Shown piece by piece: positions 61,001 through 64,000 of a DNA stretch of 64,000 bases. A program made the position numbers and the translations under genes. The notes beneath the pieces are model-generated. The model did not search any database and had not been told where the DNA came from. It saw only the letters and a program-made list of their open reading frames with translations. Numbering within the stretch: the stretch's first letter is position 1; every line of letters starts with the position of its first letter. The DNA comes from Bdellovibrio sp. (GTDB lineage Bacteria; Bdellovibrionota; Bdellovibrionia; Bdellovibrionales; Bdellovibrionaceae), in assembly GCA_036677065.1 (NCBI GenBank), contig JAKFBS010000002.1:736001-800000 (forward strand). The letters run 5' to 3'.

Positions 61001-62230
61001 CGCCACTCCTAAAGTACCTGAGACAGCGACATCAGCTAAAGAAGTGGCCGCTCTACGTAAATAAATCGATTGTTGCTTTTCAAAAGTGACTCTAGCAGTT
61101 AAATCAAAAACTAATAAAACACGGCCACCATTATTTGTAAGACCAACCAGTGTATTATTATCTAACGACAACGAGTAAGGATTATAAGCATACCCCTGAT
61201 CATTAGTTGTTGCGACCACCGGGCTCACCGGATTCGATATATCCAAGCTTATCATATTATAATAAGAACTGCTTCCGGGAGCACTTCCCACATATAAGCG
61301 GTCATTTTTAATCGCTAAACTGCGTACACCATCAAAATTATTTACGCTAGTCATTCCCAAGACCCAAGCTGGAGCTGTTTTAGTCGTGATATCAATTACA
61401 CCCAACGTGTCTGAATTTGTTCCTGCAGCAAAAACATAATTGCCACTAATTTTTATGTCAGAAATATTATCCAATTTTGTTGCATTTGTGTAAGAACCAA
61501 CAATCGCCGGAGCCGACTTCGTCGTCACATCAATCACTGCAATCCCATCATAGGTCGATGCTGCTGCCACAACATAGTTGCCGGTAATTTCAAAACTTTT
61601 ACCACCCGCAAGCTTAGTGGCATCGACGACGCTGCCTTCAACAGTAGGTGAGGTCGGTGCCGATATATTCACAATTGTTAATCGATTATTTGCCAATACA
61701 TACAAGTAGCTTCCAGAAATCATCATTTTTGAAAAACTTGGCAGATTCGTCGCATCAGTAATTGAGCCCACCACCGTTGGGTTTGCTTTATTAGAAATAT
61801 CAACCACAGTAATCATGTTCGTACCAGAAATATAAGCGTAATTTCCAGCGACAGCCAGGTGCGACCCAAAATTGGAATTGGTCATGGTTTTTATATATTG
61901 CGGATTTGATGGCGTCGTTACATTCACGATCGTAAATTTTTGCGGACCTATGATATAAGCATACCCTGCCAAAACAACAGCCATATTCGCATTGGCGAAA
62001 TTATTGCCTACCGAATCTGTAATAGTGGCGACGCTTTTAAGACCGCCATACTGCATCCCCACCCAAGAAGTTCCGTTACAATATTTATATTTTTTATCGG
62101 CAGAAAACCATTCTCTGGTTCCAGCCACAGCCACTGGACTTATGCAGTCTGCAAAAGACTTCACTGCCAGAAAAAATATCCCCGCAAGAAAAACTAATTT
62201 TAACAAAATGAACTTATTTTTTCTTGCCAT
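58070..62230 (-). CDS. Large secreted LVIVD-repeat (multi-beta-propeller) surface protein with Cys knob modules
   Basis: Signal peptide; more than 20 repeats of about 44 aa (V.GNYAYV....L.IVDISNP..P..VG); C..G..Y/W...YC.GT.W modules at both ends. Confidence 0.85.
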   Translation of the reverse strand: MARKNKFILLKLVFLAGIFFLAVKSFADCISPVAVAGTREWFSADKKYKYCNGTSWVGMQYGGLKSVATITDSVGNNFANANMAVVLAGYAYIIGPQKFTIVNVTTPSNPQYIKTMTNSNFGSHLAVAGNYAYISGTNMITVVDISNKANPTVVGSITDATNLPSFSKMMISGSYLYVLANNRLTIVNISAPTSPTVEGSVVDATKLAGGKSFEITGNYVVAAASTYDGIAVIDVTTKSAPAIVGSYTNATKLDNISDIKISGNYVFAAGTNSDTLGVIDITTKTAPAWVLGMTSVNNFDGVRSLAIKNDRLYVGSAPGSSSYYNMISLDISNPVSPVVATTNDQGYAYNPYSLSLDNNTLVGLTNNGGRVLLVFDLTARVTFEKQQSIYLRRAATSLADVAVSGTLGVAIDSSEVMYTFDVTNPASIVAKGIAYMPGYTNRYSQGVAFDGSYAYISEVNSQRVFVVDVASNPDYPQIVGTVTSSNLGQAYGIEVDGNYVYVVRSGGLTIVDVTNKTNPTVVGTAAITGTLRYLKVSGNYVFVPEATGTKLTIVDVTNKAAPTIVGNVVDATALAGAADLDVLGNYAYVAATNRLTAIDISTISAPVVASSLLDATNLSNAKRVKISGSIAYVLGSRFSAVSITSPASPTFQSYITSDGYSGLDISGGYLYTGTGTGFRSYTASAPPVLQNFSQGPNQIGTVGGISGSGNYAYVTSIGKFLSIDISTPASPAVVSVLTDATKLNTAQRNVVSGTRVFTIGSGYITAVSVSTPTSPTISGYLADATNLASAKTIRVSGNYAFVGGNKLSVLDISGANPVHVTSLTHALISLCNDMEMQGNYLYMTCGTTNSFVVVDISTPTAPAIVGTYTNSAYITTGMLTDSMVVANNIAYIARGTYNLLMLDVSNPASPSFAGVYSSGYYCTVLANTGDPSRIFCRSDGSMYTLDIFDPLQPVSVYSTPIDSYIEESVLVGNRVLSFVQGGINVGSTQSLSLLGLPRRFGGATALNSVRGVDIVGNYAYFSTGNRYLNIFDISNVASATLVSSTFFGDSQYFYTAPYDITISGNYAYIAGSATYGAMVFDISNPAAPKKVATISKFSELQNTQFMRVEGNYLYGTGGGFMVYDVTSATTPVQKDGIADSTYLSSPQGFAISGNNAFTCASANSRITNIDISNKSLLAISNSLQDTTKFAGCRNIELAASNNYAYMVGTTNGYFNVIDITNPASMTLAGSLQNTTSFGGTIYDVVVSGTNVIVVNNNYVTMVDVSVASAPKIIDTLSVQSTARYFTKLVGNKLFTTDSALSSSSVFDITPPLIVGTCSTERLMDYDTVNNVLKFCSENNYYSMSPLGGAAGPGCSSPTGKPGALDYNSVSNVYKYCDGTNWVQVGQ

Positions 62231-64000
62231 GGTGTTTTTGCTGTTCCAATACTTGAAGAATTTTCTCGAGTTTTTGTTCTAAGACTTCGTTTTTTTCTTT
62301 TAATGATGATAATTCACGTTTGATCTCTGAATTTTCATGACGTAATTTTTGTGTTTCACTGTCCACTTCCTGAAGTGCACGGATACTCCATGGAATAAGT
62401 CCCATGTAATTGACGCCGTAATATTCGCCCTGGGTATCAATATTTTTTACTAAGTTCGGAATAATACCCAACATATCCTGCGCCATCACCCCGTACTCGG
62501 TGCGCGCCCTTGGATCATCTTTCATGACATACGAATAAGTTTTAATTTTTCTGATAGTTGTCAGAGCTGAATCTAAGGGTTCAATATTTGTTTTTAAACG
62601 TCTATCTGAAACGTCAGTGATAGTTCCCGTATATTGAATATCACCCACCACATGAAGGGCTGTGACTGGTGCGGTTGTGCCGATACCTACAAAGCCATTT
62701 GTATAATTAATCGTCGTACCAGATGTGTTCCACTGTGAAGATATTATCGCTGCAAACGATGCCGCCGTTGATGTCGCTAAACTTGAGACTGAAGACGAAA
62801 CTGAGTTAATATTATTAGTTGAAGTTGTAAATGACGTTGCAACAGTAGAAGATAAATTTGTTACATTCGCCGCATCGGCTGGAGTATACCCGAAAGCAGA
62901 AATTACAGAAGCCGATGTCACCGATCCTGTACCAAATGCAGTCCATACCGAGCCATTACAAAATTCTACATTGCCAACGTTATAGCGCAAAGTTCCTGCG
63001 TAACTGACGGCACAAACTGCGGATTCCATGCTGATTTGAACTCCGCCGGATACAGAAAGTTTTGTCACAGGTGTTTTGGTTCCAACGCCTATATTGCCTG
63101 TAGATACTGTCGCACCTGAGCCGTTTAAACTAGTTCCAAAAATAAGATTGCCGATATTTAATGTTCCTGACGAAGTCGCAGCGACAGTATTGATATTATT
63201 ACCGATAACAATGTTATTTGCGCCTGTTGTTAAATTACCTGCTGAATAGGCACCAATCACAATATTATTATCTGCACCGGTTGAAATATTTGTAGCGGCT
63301 TCATAACCGATGATTGTGGTATTGCTGACATTTGAGTTGTTGGTCGGGCCATTGCCCGCACCGGCTCCAACATAAACATTTTGACGGCCTGTTTTATTTG
63401 CTCGCCCAGCACTTAATCCAATACCTACGTTGTTAGTACCAGACGTATTACTGCCTAATGCAACCATCCCTACAGCGGTATTATAATATCCCGTAGTATT
63501 ATAGCTAAGAGCAGCTCCACCAACTGCGGTATTTTCATTCCCCGTGGTATTATTCCATAATGCTTCAGCACCGATGGCTGTATTAAATTGCCCTGAGGTA
63601 TTTGCCTGTAGCGCATACCAACCGAAGGCCGCATTTTCGTAACTTGTAACCGATGATTCAAGTGTACCAAAACCAAAAGCTGTATTTTGCCCGCTGTCTT
63701 GGTTTGCCGCCATCGAGTTTACACCAAAGGCTGTGCTTTCAGAATTATTTGAATCTTCAACTAACGGCCATGAAGTTCCAGAGCCGACAAATAATCCGCC
63801 ATTTCCGGTGTGAACATGAACGATGTCATTTAACGTAACTTGTGAACCGCTGGTTACCCGGCCTTTACTATCGACTGTGACTTTCGTGTATTGTGTTCCG
63901 CTTGTTACACCAGAAAAAGTCATTAAACGCGCCTCAGAAATAATTCCGGTAGCACTTGCACTTCCTAAATCTAAACTCGATACCGTCGCAAATCCACCTA
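62214..64000 (-). CDS. Trimeric fibre/adhesin with C-terminal peptidase S74 intramolecular chaperone (MAT-like); 5' end outside the window
   Basis: Frame open to the window edge. YTKVTVDSKGRVTSG fibre repeat, 14-aa NTA.G..AL..NT.G repeats, G.IGIGT..P...L.V.G repeats, SDRRLKTNI autocleavage motif, C-terminal coiled coil. Confidence 0.88.
   Translation of the reverse strand, partial: GGFATVSSLDLGSASATGIISEARLMTFSGVTSGTQYTKVTVDSKGRVTSGSQVTLNDIVHVHTGNGGLFVGSGTSWPLVEDSNNSESTAFGVNSMAANQDSGQNTAFGFGTLESSVTSYENAAFGWYALQANTSGQFNTAIGAEALWNNTTGNENTAVGGAALSYNTTGYYNTAVGMVALGSNTSGTNNVGIGLSAGRANKTGRQNVYVGAGAGNGPTNNSNVSNTTIIGYEAATNISTGADNNIVIGAYSAGNLTTGANNIVIGNNINTVAATSSGTLNIGNLIFGTSLNGSGATVSTGNIGVGTKTPVTKLSVSGGVQISMESAVCAVSYAGTLRYNVGNVEFCNGSVWTAFGTGSVTSASVISAFGYTPADAANVTNLSSTVATSFTTSTNNINSVSSSVSSLATSTAASFAAIISSQWNTSGTTINYTNGFVGIGTTAPVTALHVVGDIQYTGTITDVSDRRLKTNIEPLDSALTTIRKIKTYSYVMKDDPRARTEYGVMAQDMLGIIPNLVKNIDTQGEYYGVNYMGLIPWSIRALQEVDSETQKLRHENSEIKRELSSLKEKNEVLEQKLEKILQVLEQQKHHGKKK

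Noticed and set aside
58300..63720. Periodic sequence resembling an array
   Set aside because: The repeats are degenerate protein-level repeats (LVIVD and 14-aa fibre repeats). There are no identical DNA repeats with spacers and no cas genes, so this is not CRISPR.
62214..64000. Prophage interpretation of the S74 tail-fibre-like gene
   Set aside because: No capsid, terminase, integrase or other phage genes are in view; such fibres are host-encoded adhesins in this lineage.

Overview
Compact, AT-rich bacterial chromosome segment, most consistent with a predatory Bdellovibrionota. This is an inference from the deltaproteobacterial-type T2SS, the S74-chaperoned fibre protein and the many orphan secreted or beta-barrel proteins. 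Contents in order: (1) orphan envelope genes, 1-3.7 kb; (2) a complete gspC-N type II secretion operon, 3.9-17.2 kb; (3) ssb; (4) a near-complete heme pathway with an embedded two-component system, hemA-hemC(D?)-hemL-kinase-regulator-hemE-hemN-hemY-hemH, plus a divergent hemB, 19.2-30.1 kb; (5) core genes mutL-miaA-yicC-gmk-rpoZ-rel and rimP-nusA-infB-rbfA-truB-rpsO-pnp-M16-dut, with accessory gene pairs inserted; (6) tRNA-Leu(CAA); (7) a fibre/LVIVD adhesin operon running off the right edge. The best leads are a secreted lysozyme-like protein plus putative immunity protein inserted between rpsO and pnp, a Leptospira HemKR-like heme regulatory module with an exact TGACA-N6-TGACA box, and a fibre plus giant LVIVD-repeat protein that share a Cys knob module. 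All calls come from reading motifs by eye; no database searches were run.
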